This document shows positions 1-10,346 of a DNA stretch of 55,678 nucleotides, piece by piece (position 1 is the first letter of the stretch; every line of letters begins with the position of its first letter). This DNA is from Gammaproteobacteria bacterium. GTDB lineage: Bacteria; Pseudomonadota; Gammaproteobacteria; JACCYU01. The notes under the pieces are model-generated. The model was not told the origin of the DNA. It worked only from the letters and a program-made list of their open reading frames with translations, and searched no databases. Location: assembly GCA_013696315.1 (NCBI GenBank), contig JACCYU010000078.1, positions 1-55,678 of the forward strand, given 5' to 3'. Made by a program: the position numbers and the translations under genes.

Positions 1-405
1 TGTCTGCACCGGCCCGGCAAAATCCAGCATCCCAGTGTAGGTGTAGGCGATGATGTACGCCGGCATCGCCAGCGGCAGCAGCAACGCCCATTCGAATACC
101 GTCCGGCCGGGAAAGCGGCAGGTGGAACACAGCCAGGCCGTGGAGACGCCCAGGCTTAAGGCGCCGACCGCAACCCCCAGCATCAACGCCAGGGAGTTGA
201 GGATATAGCCCTTGAGCACCGTGTCCGCCAGATGCGCCCATACCGCGCGCGCCGGGTGGAACACGAAGCTCGCGACGGTGAGCAACGGTAGCGCGAGCAC
301 CATGGCGATGGCAAACACGCCCGCGTCCCAGGCGCCCGGCCGCCCCCAGATTGCGCGGCCGCGGGACCGGGCGAACGGCAATGTGCCGGTCGGTACGCTG
401 CTCAT
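1..405 (-). CDS. iron(III) ABC transporter permease (FbpB/AfuB-like), N-terminal part; the gene continues past the left edge
   Basis: My own minus-strand translation from ATG (403-405) gives MSSVPTGTLPFARSRGRAIWG...LNSLALMLGVAVGALSLGVSTAWL...LLLPLAMPAYIIAYTYTGMLDFAGPVQ. It is hydrophobic and permease-like, and lies 51 nt downstream of the binding-protein gene. It is open to the window edge, so it is absent from the ORF track. Confidence 0.7.
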   Translation of the reverse strand, partial: MSSVPTGTLPFARSRGRAIWGRPGAWDAGVFAIAMVLALPLLTVASFVFHPARAVWAHLADTVLKGYILNSLALMLGVAVGALSLGVSTAWLCSTCRFPGRTVFEWALLLPLAMPAYIIAYTYTGMLDFAGPVQT

Positions 406-456
406 GGGTTCAGGCTGACAGCTTCACGCCGTGACGCGGTGGGTGCGGCTCGCACG

Positions 457-1479
457 TTACGGCCAGCCGACTCTATCCATCAGCTTCACGGCCTTCGCGT
501 TGAGCTCGCCCAGCCGGGAAAGGTTCAGGCTATCGGCCTTGAAGTCGCCCCAGGAGCGCAAGGTTTCACTTGCCGCGACGCCGACCTTGACGGGATACTC
601 CTGATTCGCCTGCGCGTACCAGTGTTGCGCCTCGTCGCTGACCAGGAATTCAAGCAGCTTCACGGCGTCCTGGCGGTGTCGGGCAGCTTTGGTCACACCC
701 GCTCCGCTAATGTTGACGTGCGTGCCGCGTTCCTCCTGATTGGGCCAGAAGATCGCCACTTTGCTGGCCGCTTCCTGCTGGCTGCGATCAGGATCGTTGA
801 GCATCTGGCCGTAGTAATAAGTGTTGGCGATGGCGATATCGCACACCCCCGCCGCCGCCGCTTCGATCTGATCGCGGTCGCCGTCGGTGGGCTTGCGCGC
901 AAAGTTGTTCACCAGCCCTCTGGCCCAGCGCTCGGCGCGTTCCTCGCCCAGGCTTGCGATCATCGAGGCGACCAGCGACTGGTTGTAGATGTTGCTGGAC
1001 GTGCGGATGCAGATCTCCTTGCGCCAGCGTTTATCGGCTAGCGCCTCGTAAGTCGATAGCTGCGCCGGATCGACTCTTCCCTTCACGTACATGATGGGCC
1101 GCGCGCGCATCGACAGGCCGAACCAGTAACCGTCGGTGTCTCGATAGTTGGCCGGTATCGCGGCGTTGAGAATCGCTGACTGCACCGGCTGCAGCAGACC
1201 CAGCTTTTCAGCGCGATGCAGACGGCCGGCGTCGGTGGTGATCAGCACGTCGGCGGGCGTATTGCGGCCTTCGCTTGCCAGGCGCTGCAGCAGCTCGTCG
1301 GCGTCGCCGGTGACCAGATTAACCTCGATGCCAGTCTGCTCGGTGAAATCGTCCAGCAATGGCTTGATAAGCTGTTCTTCGCGGGCCGAATAGACGCTGA
1401 TGCCCTCGCTGGACGAGTCACAGCCGATCAGGCTAAGCATCGTACATAGGGCGGTCGCGAGCTTGAGAGCGGGTTTCAT
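457..1479 (-). CDS. fbpA: Fe(3+) ABC transporter periplasmic substrate-binding lipoprotein
   Basis: 340-aa ORF with a lipoprotein signal (LSLIGC). Overall resemblance to FbpA/AfuA (SVYSAREEQLIKPLLDDF..., ANTYYYGQM). A permease gene lies downstream. Confidence 0.85.
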   Translation of the reverse strand: MKPALKLATALCTMLSLIGCDSSSEGISVYSAREEQLIKPLLDDFTEQTGIEVNLVTGDADELLQRLASEGRNTPADVLITTDAGRLHRAEKLGLLQPVQSAILNAAIPANYRDTDGYWFGLSMRARPIMYVKGRVDPAQLSTYEALADKRWRKEICIRTSSNIYNQSLVASMIASLGEERAERWARGLVNNFARKPTDGDRDQIEAAAAGVCDIAIANTYYYGQMLNDPDRSQQEAASKVAIFWPNQEERGTHVNISGAGVTKAARHRQDAVKLLEFLVSDEAQHWYAQANQEYPVKVGVAASETLRSWGDFKADSLNLSRLGELNAKAVKLMDRVGWP

Positions 1480-1520
1480 TCAACGAGCCTCCAATAATTT
1501 GTTTGCCGGCGCAGAGTACC

Positions 1521-1539
1521 ATTAATGAGAAACGTTATC
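1521..1539. promoter_or_regulatory. candidate Fur box in the fbpA/glnE divergent region
   Basis: ATTAATGAGAAACGTTATC matches the 19-bp Fur consensus GATAATGATAATCATTATC at 13 of 19 positions. It lies 42-60 nt upstream of the fbpA start. Confidence 0.45.
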
Positions 1540-1698
1540 ATTGCGAAGTGACGCTACAATCGCAAACGCGTTATCGGCCGCGACCACGGCAAATCGTGCC
1601 GGGTTCTGGTACGCTCAAAAGCATGCCTCTCACTCACGGCGGTCCGTAACCCGCCTGGTCCATAACCTGATTGACCCACAAGATTAACGATTAGCGCG

Positions 1699-4596
1699 GT
1701 GTCACCGAATTCTACTAATGAACCAGGCGGCTTGCCGGAGTCCCTGCGCGCCGACGTCCAGCGCCACTGGGAGGCGTTTGACGCCCGCGATGCATTGCAG
1801 GATAGGCGACAGGAGATACTGCGCGTGTGGGCCGCCAGCCCGTTCGCCGCGAAGACCTGCTTACAGAACCCGGAACTGCTGTCCAAGCTGTTCGAGTCCG
1901 GACATCTTCAGCGCGCTTACACCCCGGACGAGATGGCCGCGCGGGTTGCGGGCGCGGTCGAGCCCGCTGCTCCCGAAGCCGCGCTGATACGTGCCTTGCG
2001 CGTGCTGCGCCGGCGGGAGTGGCTGCGCATCGCGTGGCGCGATCTGACCGGTGCTGCCAACCTGGATGAAACCTTGCGCGAACTCTCCGCAATGGCCGGG
2101 CACTTTGCCGAGCAGGCGCTCGAACATTGCTATAGCCGCGCCTGCGAGAGATATGGGGTACCGCGCGACCCGCAAGGCGAGGCGCAGCAGCTGGTGGTGC
2201 TGGGCATGGGCAAGCTGGGCGGGGCTGAGCTGAATTTTTCTTCCGACATCGACTTGATCTTCGCGTATCCGGAAGACGGCCAGACCGACGGCCGCCGCGC
2301 GCGGGACAACCGCGAGTTTTTCACTAGGCTGGGGCAGAGATTCATAAAGGTACTGAGCGAATACACGGCCGAAGGCTTCGTATTCCGCGTCGACATGCGG
2401 CTGCGGCCGTTCGGCGACGGGCCGCTCGCGATCAGCTTCGACGCCATGGAGCATTACTATCAGACGCACGGCCGCGAGTGGGAGCGCTATGCCATGATCA
2501 AGGCGCGGGTCGTCGCCGGCGATCGCGCCAAAGGGGACGAATTGCTGCGGCGTCTGCGACCCTTCGTTTTTCGCCGTTATCTGGACTACGGCGCATTCGG
2601 CAGCCTGCGCGACATGAAAGCGCTGATCGACGGCGAAGTCGCCAGGCGCGAATTGATCGACAACATCAAGCTTGGCGCCGGCGGCATCCGCGAGATCGAG
2701 TTCATCGCGCAGGCCTTTCAACTGGTGCGAGGCGGTCGCGACACGGAACTTCAGCAGCGTGAGCTGCGCGCCGTGTTGCCGTGCCTCGCCAGAAAAGGCC
2801 ATCTCCCGCAAGCGGATGTCGATGCTTTGCTGGCCGCGTACGCGTTCCTGCGACGAGTCGAAAACCGCCTGCAGATGGCGAACGATCAGCAGACGCACGC
2901 GCTGCCCGAGAATGACATCGAACGCGCGCGGCTCGCGTTCGCCATGAATTTCGATGACTGGGCGTCATTCGCTGAAACGCTGGATGCGCATCGCCGACGG
3001 GTGCACGAGCGGTTCGAGCGCACCTTCGCCGAACCCGAGTCTGTTGATCCGGAGGTGGGTCATACCGGCAGCAATCGCGCGCTGGTCGAGCTGTCGCAGG
3101 GCCATTCAGACGACGACCGTACGCTAGCTCTGCTGCGCAAGGCCGGGTTCGACGATCCTTCGACCGTGGTGCCGGCGATCAAGGCCCTTTACACCGGGCA
3201 TGCTTATCAGGCGCAGGATGAAACCAGCCGCGAGCGCCTCAACCGGCTGATGCCCTTGCTACTGGCGGAGGTCGCACGGCAGCCCGATCCTGCCCGGACG
3301 TTGTCGCGAATTCTGCCGCTCATCGAGGCCATCGCGCGGCGCTCGGTTTATCTCGCGTTGCTCGCCGAACATCGCGAGGCGCTCGCGCAGCTCGTAAAAT
3401 TGAGCGCCGCGAGTAAATGGATTGCCGAATATCTGTCCCATCACCCGATTCTGCTGGACGAATTGCTCAACCCCCGCGATCTTTACGCGCCGCCCGACCG
3501 GGCCGGTCTCGCGGCGCGGCTTGGCGATGAGTTTGCCCAAATCGACCCGTTCGATATGGAGGCGCAGATGGAGCGTTTGCGGCAGTTCAAGCAGGTCAAC
3601 GTGCTGCGCGTGGCGGCGGCGGATGTGATGGAAGCGCTGCCCCTGATGCGGATCAGCGATCAACTGACCTGGATCGCGGAGGTGATTCTGGAGCACGTGC
3701 TGAATATCGCCTGGCAGCAGATGACGGCGCGTTACGGCAAGCCCGGCTGCGTAATCGACGGCGAGCAATACCGGCCGGGATTCGCGATTATCGCGTACGG
3801 CAAGCTGGGCGGTATCGAGCTTGGCTACAGTTCTGATCTGGATCTGGTTTATCTGCACGATAGCGCCGGCGAGCAGCAATGCACCGACGGCGAAAAATCG
3901 ATCGATAACGCCACGTTTTTCGTGCGTCTGGCCCAGCGAATCGTGCATGCGCTGACGGCATTTACCCCCGCCGGTCAGCTCTACGAAGTGGACATGCGCC
4001 TGCGCCCCAGTGGTGCGGCGGGGATTCTGGTCAGCGGCGTGCAGTCGTTCGAACTCTATCAGCGCGAAAAGGCCTGGACCTGGGAGCAGCAGGCGTTGGT
4101 GAGAGCGCGGGCGGTGGCAGGCAGCGGGGGAATAGCGTCGCAGTTTCAGCGTATCCGCCACGAGGTGCTGGCGCGTAAAAAAGAAATTCCGCGGCTGCGC
4201 CGCGAGGTGCGTGAGATGCGTGAGCGCATGTGGCGCGAACTGGGCAGTCACGACTATACGCGCTTCGATTTGAAAAAAGACGCCGGCGGTATCGCGGACA
4301 TCGAGTTTATGGTGCAATACCAGGTGCTGGCGCACGCGCACGATCACGCCCGTTTAAGCGAATTCACGGATAATATTCGCATCCTGGACGGCCTCGCCGC
4401 GAGCGGCTTGTTAACGGCCGAGGACGCAGGTTTTCTGCAGGATGCTTATCGCGGTTACCGCGATTCGGTCCACGCGCTGAGCTTGCAAGGCGAGTCCGCC
4501 GCGGTAGTGGATGGCCAAGAATTCGCCGAGGAGCGCGCCGGCGTCCAGCGTTTGTGGCGGGACCTGATGGAAGTGCCCCAACAGAACATACAATGA
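1699..4596 (+). CDS. glnE: bifunctional glutamine synthetase adenylyltransferase/adenylyl-removing enzyme
   Basis: 965 aa with a GTG start. It has two nucleotidyltransferase halves with the paired signatures LGMGKLGGAELNFSSDIDLIF and AYGKLGGIELGYSSDLDLVY. Confidence 0.95.
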   Translation: MSPNSTNEPGGLPESLRADVQRHWEAFDARDALQDRRQEILRVWAASPFAAKTCLQNPELLSKLFESGHLQRAYTPDEMAARVAGAVEPAAPEAALIRALRVLRRREWLRIAWRDLTGAANLDETLRELSAMAGHFAEQALEHCYSRACERYGVPRDPQGEAQQLVVLGMGKLGGAELNFSSDIDLIFAYPEDGQTDGRRARDNREFFTRLGQRFIKVLSEYTAEGFVFRVDMRLRPFGDGPLAISFDAMEHYYQTHGREWERYAMIKARVVAGDRAKGDELLRRLRPFVFRRYLDYGAFGSLRDMKALIDGEVARRELIDNIKLGAGGIREIEFIAQAFQLVRGGRDTELQQRELRAVLPCLARKGHLPQADVDALLAAYAFLRRVENRLQMANDQQTHALPENDIERARLAFAMNFDDWASFAETLDAHRRRVHERFERTFAEPESVDPEVGHTGSNRALVELSQGHSDDDRTLALLRKAGFDDPSTVVPAIKALYTGHAYQAQDETSRERLNRLMPLLLAEVARQPDPARTLSRILPLIEAIARRSVYLALLAEHREALAQLVKLSAASKWIAEYLSHHPILLDELLNPRDLYAPPDRAGLAARLGDEFAQIDPFDMEAQMERLRQFKQVNVLRVAAADVMEALPLMRISDQLTWIAEVILEHVLNIAWQQMTARYGKPGCVIDGEQYRPGFAIIAYGKLGGIELGYSSDLDLVYLHDSAGEQQCTDGEKSIDNATFFVRLAQRIVHALTAFTPAGQLYEVDMRLRPSGAAGILVSGVQSFELYQREKAWTWEQQALVRARAVAGSGGIASQFQRIRHEVLARKKEIPRLRREVREMRERMWRELGSHDYTRFDLKKDAGGIADIEFMVQYQVLAHAHDHARLSEFTDNIRILDGLAASGLLTAEDAGFLQDAYRGYRDSVHALSLQGESAAVVDGQEFAEERAGVQRLWRDLMEVPQQNIQ

Positions 4597-4822
4597 AGCA
4601 AACACGATAAAGCATTAACCGCGAAGCATGCCCAAGGCGCTGAATTCGCAAAGTTGCATATTGCTCAAAGGCGTCATGAGGCAGGCAAGCATCATCCGCC
4701 ATCGTATCCTTCTACGCTTATGTTTAACCTTTTATGCCTTCGCATCCTTTGCGCCTCTGTAGTCTTTGGGTTAACTTCACCGGCCTGCGAATCAAGAATA
4801 GTAAATTACGGGAGTACCCCCG

Positions 4823-5746
4823 ATGTCCATGGCCGATCGTGACGGTCTGATCTGGTTCGACGGCGAGATGGTGCCCTGGCGAGAAGCCAAGGTGCATGTG
4901 CTGACGCATACCCTGCATTACAGCATGGGGGTGTTCGAGGGTGTGCGCGCGTATGACACCCGTCGCGGCACGGCAATCTTCCGGCTTGCCGATCACACCA
5001 GCCGGCTGTTCAACTCGGCGCATATCTTAGGGATGGCCATGCCGTTCGACAAAGAAATGATCAGTGCCGCGCAACTGGCGGTGGTGCGCAAGAATCAACT
5101 CAAATCAGCATACATCCGGCCCATGTGTTTCTACGGCGCGGAGGGCATGGGCCTGCACGCGGAGGGATTGCGCGTGCACTGCATGATCGCGGCCTGGGAG
5201 TGGGGTTCATATCTGGGCAAGGACAATCTCGAAAGGGGCTTGCGCATCAAGACGTCGTCATTCACGCGCCATCACGTCAACATCACCATGTGCAAGGCCA
5301 AGGCGAACGGCAACTACATGAACTCCATGCTCGCCCTTCAAGAGGCCACGCGCGACGGTTACGACGAGGCGCTACTGCTGGACATCGAAGGCTATGTCGC
5401 CGAGGGCAGCGGCGAGAATATCTTCATCGTGCGCGACGGCGTGCTGTACACACCGGACCTCACCTCCGCTTTGGACGGCATTACGCGCCGCACGATTATC
5501 ACCCTGGCGGGGCAACTGGACATCCCGGTGCGCGAGAAGCGCATCTCGCGCGACGAGGTGTACATCGCCGACGAGGCGTTTTTCACCGGCACCGCCGCCG
5601 AAGTGACGCCCATTCGCGAGCTGGACAATCGCGCTATCGGCACCGGCCGGCGCGGCCCCATCACCGAACGCCTGCAGACCATGTTCTTCGATCTCGTCGG
5701 CGGCCGCCGCGACGACCATCAGGACTGGCTCACCCCGGTCGCCTGA
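4823..5746 (+). CDS. ilvE: branched-chain amino acid aminotransferase
   Basis: 307 aa, class-IV aminotransferase pattern (IWFDGEMVPW, YIRP, EGSGENIF, TPIRELD). GGGAG lies upstream of the ATG. Confidence 0.93.
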   Translation: MSMADRDGLIWFDGEMVPWREAKVHVLTHTLHYSMGVFEGVRAYDTRRGTAIFRLADHTSRLFNSAHILGMAMPFDKEMISAAQLAVVRKNQLKSAYIRPMCFYGAEGMGLHAEGLRVHCMIAAWEWGSYLGKDNLERGLRIKTSSFTRHHVNITMCKAKANGNYMNSMLALQEATRDGYDEALLLDIEGYVAEGSGENIFIVRDGVLYTPDLTSALDGITRRTIITLAGQLDIPVREKRISRDEVYIADEAFFTGTAAEVTPIRELDNRAIGTGRRGPITERLQTMFFDLVGGRRDDHQDWLTPVA

Positions 5747-5760
5747 ACTTGAGGAACGCC

Positions 5761-5982
5761 ATGCCCAACCCGCACAGTTCGGACGCGCAGGACAAGTTCA
5801 CAACGCCCAATGACCGGCGCGCATATACCATCGCGCGCGCCGACCTTCCGCTGCACTGTCCGCTGCCGGGCATGAGCCTGTGGGATTCGCACCCGTTGGT
5901 CTACATCCCCATCGAGGACAGCAAGGGCGGACGCATGCGCTGTCCTTATTGCAGCACCGAGTTTGTGCTCTCGAATGAGTGA
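5761..5982 (+). CDS. zinc-finger (zf-CHCC type) domain protein
   Basis: These are the last 73 codons of track ORF 5125..5982, starting at ATG 5761: MPNPHSS...LPLHCPLPGMSLWDSHPLVYIPIEDSKGGRMRCPYCSTEF. The H/C...CxxC layout fits. The rest of the track ORF overlaps ilvE out of frame. Confidence 0.7.
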   Translation: MPNPHSSDAQDKFTTPNDRRAYTIARADLPLHCPLPGMSLWDSHPLVYIPIEDSKGGRMRCPYCSTEFVLSNE

Positions 5983-6036
5983 CTATTCCAGCGCGCGGCC
6001 GCGCGCTGGGTATCGGTCTCACGTGTTGCAAGCCGT

Positions 6037-7326
6037 ATGGTGACAGGCTTATCCACGCAAGTTGGCTGGCAGTCGCGGGCGCAGGCTCCCGTTGACGTTA
6101 CGGCCGCAGGCGTCGTTTTTCTCTTCCCCGTGCTGGCCGTAACGGCGCCCCATGGCGCCACCGGCACCTTCGGGGTCCTGTTCGCCTTGGGGCTAGTGTT
6201 TGGCTGGCAGGGTTGGAGGCAATTGTATCGCTGGGAAAAGCAGGTGCTGACCGGCTTCCTGGCTTACGCCGCTACCGTGGGTTTGAGCATGTTGATCGCG
6301 AGCGAACACTTGGCCGATGCTTTCGACGGTTACAGCAAGCATCTGCGATTCGTGGCATTTGTGCCGATCTATTTGATGACGCGGCGCTTCGGTCTCGATC
6401 TGTCGCGTCCGCTGATCACCGGCATCGTGGCGGGTCTGTTCGTCATGTGCGCGGTCGTCGTGAATCAACGTTATGCGTTAGGCATCGAGCGGCCCGGCGG
6501 CAGTCGCGATCCGGTGCAGTTCGCCGACGTGCTGATGCTCTGCACCGTACTGGCGGGGCTGGCGATGGTCACCCTGCGCGCGCGCGCCTGGCAGAATATA
6601 TTGGGTGCGGTCGCAATCGGCGCCGGCCTGTATGCCAGCTACCTTTCGTTGACGCGCAACGCGTGGCTGCTGGTGCCGATCGTGTTCATTCTGATGCTGG
6701 CCCATGAGCGCCGGCATATGACGCGGTTACGCTCGTTACTCCTGGCCGGTAGTTTCGTGGTGCTGTGTGTGCTCTGCTTACACCCGCGTTCGCTCGTCTT
6801 CGAGGGTTTCCAGTCGGGGTACCAGGACATCGAGCTGTATATGGAGTCCCCGGGCAAATTCAGTTCGTGGGGTCTGCGGCTCAATATGTGGCGCAACGCC
6901 CTGATCATCGGTAGCGATGAGCCGTGGTTCGGTACCGGCTTGGGAGACTATGACGAAGCCGCGGGCGAACTGCTGGCAAGCGGCACGTCCTATTCGCAAG
7001 ATCCAATGCTCCTGGAGCAGGCGCACAACGCCTTTATTCACACGTTTGCCGAGAGTGGTGTTTTCGCCTTGTTAGCCTTCACCGCCGGTCTGTTGGTGAC
7101 GCCGCTGCTGGCGTTCGCCCGTCACTGGGGCACCCGCCGGGAGCACGGCAGCAGCTTTGCCGTCCTTGGCGGGATGACAGTGACGCTCGCCTTCGCCATC
7201 TTCGGTATCGGCCACGCGTGGATGGGCAGTAACAATTTCATCAGTATCTATCTCCTATTCATGCTGGTGTTTCTATCCAGCCTGGCGGTCGCCGAGCATC
7301 GGGCGGCAGCGGATCGGCGGGGATGA
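6037..7326 (+). CDS. O-antigen ligase family membrane protein (Wzy_C/WaaL-like)
   Basis: 429 aa, polytopic. It has a periplasmic loop with the ligase-type motif HNAFIHTFAESGVFALLAF. It sits in an LPS gene cluster. Confidence 0.8.
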   Translation: MVTGLSTQVGWQSRAQAPVDVTAAGVVFLFPVLAVTAPHGATGTFGVLFALGLVFGWQGWRQLYRWEKQVLTGFLAYAATVGLSMLIASEHLADAFDGYSKHLRFVAFVPIYLMTRRFGLDLSRPLITGIVAGLFVMCAVVVNQRYALGIERPGGSRDPVQFADVLMLCTVLAGLAMVTLRARAWQNILGAVAIGAGLYASYLSLTRNAWLLVPIVFILMLAHERRHMTRLRSLLLAGSFVVLCVLCLHPRSLVFEGFQSGYQDIELYMESPGKFSSWGLRLNMWRNALIIGSDEPWFGTGLGDYDEAAGELLASGTSYSQDPMLLEQAHNAFIHTFAESGVFALLAFTAGLLVTPLLAFARHWGTRREHGSSFAVLGGMTVTLAFAIFGIGHAWMGSNNFISIYLLFMLVFLSSLAVAEHRAAADRRG

Positions 7327-7859
7327 TGCATCCGGAGGGCGCCGTCCTGGACCTCGGCTGCGGCGACAACAAGTATCCGGGCAGCGTCGGTGTCGATCAC
7401 TATCCTTTCGACGGCGTGGATCTGGTTGCGAACCTGGACCACACACCCTGGCCGCTGGCTGCTGATGGCTACGACCACATCATCGTGAGCCACCTGATCG
7501 AGCACGTGACAGACATTCCGGCTTTCATGAACGAGGTGCATCGCGTTGGCCGACACGGGGCGCTGGTGGAGGTCACGACGCCGCATTTCTCCTCCCATGA
7601 TTCCTACCAGGACCCGACGCATCGCTGGCATCTGGGCACGCTGTGGCCCCAGATATTCTGCCAGGGTTATCTGCGCAGCCGGGTCGCGCCCTTCAGTATG
7701 GTCTCGGTGGATGTCAGCTTCGGAAAGAACCTGCGCTACTGGTTTCCAAAGCTCGCAATCAGGGCCAAGGGCCTGGGGTGGTGGGAAAAGAATTATGCTT
7801 TCGTTTATCCCGGGCGCGACATGATCACCCGCTTACGAGTGGAAAAGCCCGCGGTTTGA
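7323..7859 (+). CDS. class I SAM-dependent methyltransferase
   Basis: 178 aa with motif I VLDLGCGDN and a Methyltransf_11-like core. ATGA start/stop overlap with the ligase gene. Confidence 0.75.
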   Translation: MMHPEGAVLDLGCGDNKYPGSVGVDHYPFDGVDLVANLDHTPWPLAADGYDHIIVSHLIEHVTDIPAFMNEVHRVGRHGALVEVTTPHFSSHDSYQDPTHRWHLGTLWPQIFCQGYLRSRVAPFSMVSVDVSFGKNLRYWFPKLAIRAKGLGWWEKNYAFVYPGRDMITRLRVEKPAV

Positions 7860-7878
7860 CGTCGGGCCATTTCGCGCC

Positions 7879-8970
7879 ATGCGCCTGTGCCTGGAGTTAA
7901 CCGCCGTATGCCGTCCCGTACGCACCGGCATCGCTCGCTATGCCGAGCATCTGGCGCGGGCAATGGTCGCGGAAGTCGCCGCCGGCGACCGTGCCGATAC
8001 CATTGCCTGCGCCTATCGTCTCTCGCGTTGGCCGCGGCGTCACCTGCGACTGTCGTTGGCGGAGATAAGGTCAATCTGGATTCAGGAACCCTGGTGGCCC
8101 GTGCGGCCTGCTTTCGACCTCGTCCACGGGCTAGACGCGCGCGTGCCAGACTGGAAACACGTCAAAAAGGTCGCTACGGTGCATGATCTATTTTCGCTGC
8201 ATCCCGAGGCGCAAACCCCGGAGGATGCAAGGGAGCGCACCTTGGCCCGGTACCGGTGGCTGGCGCGCATCAGCGATCGGATCATCTGCCCCAGCGAGAG
8301 CACGCGCTCGGATTTTCTAGCCAGGTTCGAGTTTCCACCCGACAGCGTCGAAGTGATCCATCTGGGGGTCGAACCGGGCTTTGCCGCGCCCGCTCCGCGC
8401 GCGCTTGCGCGCTGGCGGCGCGAGCAGGGCTTCGAGCGCGACTATATTCTGTTCGTCGGAGAGTTCGGGCGGCGCAAGAATCTGGCCCGGCTGCTGCGCG
8501 CCTATATACGCTCCGGATTGAGCTCGGCGTACGAGCTGGTTTACGTCGGCCACGACCCGGGCGGCATGCGCGACGGATTCGCGCGAATCATCAATGCTGG
8601 TGGCGTCGCCTCGCGTGTCAGGTTCCCCGGCTACATGACGGGGGCAAACCTGAATTGTCTTTACGCGGCCGCCAGCGCGTTTGCGTTTCCCTCCTTATAT
8701 GAGGGCTTCGGCCTGCCGGTGCTGGAGGCCATGGCCTGTGGCACGCCGGTGCTGACATCGAACCTGAGCGCGACCGCCGAACTCGGCCGCGAGCACGCCG
8801 TGCTGGTGGATCCCTATTCGGAAGCGAGCATCGCAGAGGGATTGTTAAAGGCCGTTAACGTGCCGCTACATGCCCGGCGGGCGGCGATGATATATTCCAG
8901 AAGCTTTACCTGGGCGGAGACCGCGCGAAAGACACACGCGACTTATCGGCAGGCGCTGGGTCGGCATTAG
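7879..8970 (+). CDS. glycosyltransferase family 4 (GT-B, retaining)
   Basis: 363 aa with the E-x7-E region PSLYEGFGLPVLEAMACGTPVLTSN. Confidence 0.85.
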   Translation: MRLCLELTAVCRPVRTGIARYAEHLARAMVAEVAAGDRADTIACAYRLSRWPRRHLRLSLAEIRSIWIQEPWWPVRPAFDLVHGLDARVPDWKHVKKVATVHDLFSLHPEAQTPEDARERTLARYRWLARISDRIICPSESTRSDFLARFEFPPDSVEVIHLGVEPGFAAPAPRALARWRREQGFERDYILFVGEFGRRKNLARLLRAYIRSGLSSAYELVYVGHDPGGMRDGFARIINAGGVASRVRFPGYMTGANLNCLYAAASAFAFPSLYEGFGLPVLEAMACGTPVLTSNLSATAELGREHAVLVDPYSEASIAEGLLKAVNVPLHARRAAMIYSRSFTWAETARKTHATYRQALGRH

Positions 8971-9163
8971 GCGCCGATATTGCTAATTCCAGCGCCTTGC
9001 CGCGATTCTTCCGCCGGCGCACAACCTCCATGAGTGCGGCGCCAAGAGTTCGGGCTTGTGAAAGACCATATACGCGGACCTCGGCTCTGGGATAGGTAGT
9101 ATCGTTACCCGTGGAGATCAGCATCACCAGCGCGCGCGGTCAAGTTAGGTCGGCGTTGCGGTA

Positions 9164-10216
9164 TTATGACGTGCCAAACGTCCGCTTGAAACTGCTAAGG
9201 AACCGCTGAATTTTTATGATCGCCGCGGCTGCCCGGTCGAGGTCAATTGCGCTCATGTCGTGGTCATCAGCGTGCGGCGACGGCGAGAAGGCGAGCCGTC
9301 TGGATGCGTCATTTATCGTTTGCCAGCGCAGCGCGGTCGAGGATTGGCGGCGCGGATAGAACGCCGCGGTCGGGCGGTTCAGCGCGCCGGCGATGTGCAA
9401 TGGCCCGGTGCTGCCGCTGATGAACAGATCGGCAAACGCGATACGGCGCGCGTAATTCACTAGCCCCTCGCGCGAATCGAAAACCACGTGCGCACAGCCG
9501 GCAATCGATGCGGCCAGCTCCCGCGCCCGCGAAAGTTCGCCGGGCCCGGCGCACAACACGAAGACATTGCCATCGTTAGAGGCAAGCCTGGTTGCCAGCG
9601 TGGCGTATTGCGGGATTGAAAGATTCCTGGCCGAGCCGCCGCTGCCGGCATGGATGAAAACCAGCCGCGCATGGTAATCGAAGCCATGTTGCGCCAGTAG
9701 ATCCGCGCGCGCCGCGGCGATCTGCTCGCTGCCGAACTGCAAATAAGGCGGCGCCGCGGGCGGCTTAGGAAGGCGATTCCAAAGGTTCAGCAAATGCTTG
9801 ACCAGATCGACATTGTAGGCGAACTCAGGCTTCTCCGAGCGCGATCGTCGTTGGGTCAAGCGTTGATTGTAGAAAATCTGGGCAAGCTTGGTCGCAGGCG
9901 CGATGCGCACCGGAATCCCCGCGCGCCAGGCGGCCAGGCCGACACGAGAAGTGGAAAATAAAGTTACGATCGCGTCGTAGGCGTTATCGCTGAGCGTCCG
10001 CGTCAGCGCGGAGCCCCGCGGGTCTTCTGCCGGATCGACCACCACGCGGTCAATCCACGGACAGTTTACCGCCAGTGGGCGGGTATACTCCGGCACCAGC
10101 GCGTCGATCCGGCAATCCGGCAGGCTGGTTTTTAACAGCGCAAACGCCGGCCAGGCGAGCATGAAATCGCCGAGCTTGTCGTTGCGAACCACCAGCACCT
10201 TGTGGGTCGGCATCAA
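9164..10216 (-). CDS. glycosyltransferase family 9 (LPS heptosyltransferase family)
   Basis: 350 aa. N-terminus KVLVVRNDKLGDFMLAWPAFALLK, and C-terminal GSTGPLHIAGAL typical of GT9. Confidence 0.8.
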   Translation of the reverse strand: MMPTHKVLVVRNDKLGDFMLAWPAFALLKTSLPDCRIDALVPEYTRPLAVNCPWIDRVVVDPAEDPRGSALTRTLSDNAYDAIVTLFSTSRVGLAAWRAGIPVRIAPATKLAQIFYNQRLTQRRSRSEKPEFAYNVDLVKHLLNLWNRLPKPPAAPPYLQFGSEQIAAARADLLAQHGFDYHARLVFIHAGSGGSARNLSIPQYATLATRLASNDGNVFVLCAGPGELSRARELAASIAGCAHVVFDSREGLVNYARRIAFADLFISGSTGPLHIAGALNRPTAAFYPRRQSSTALRWQTINDASRRLAFSPSPHADDHDMSAIDLDRAAAAIIKIQRFLSSFKRTFGTS

Positions 10217-10346
10217 ACCAGAGTAGCTGATGGAGTATGCGAATCCTAGAGATGTGTCCGTCGCCGGACCAGGGAGGCCTGGAGTTTTCTGCCGGCGCCA
10301 CGGCCGGGGACCTGGCGTGCCACGAACACGGTGTTACCTTAGATTC

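Noticed and set aside
1861-4347. Long antisense ORFs inside glnE: 1861..2898 (345 aa) and 3259..4347 (362 aa).
   Set aside because: Their translations are Arg/Ala/Gly/Gln-rich with no motifs, and they lie opposite a confidently identified gene. These are typical shadow ORFs of high-GC DNA.
5125-5760. The 5' two-thirds of track ORF 5125..5982 (285 aa).
   Set aside because: It overlaps ilvE in another frame and its translation is Arg/His/Gly-rich. Only the last 73 codons, from ATG 5761, form the zinc-finger protein.
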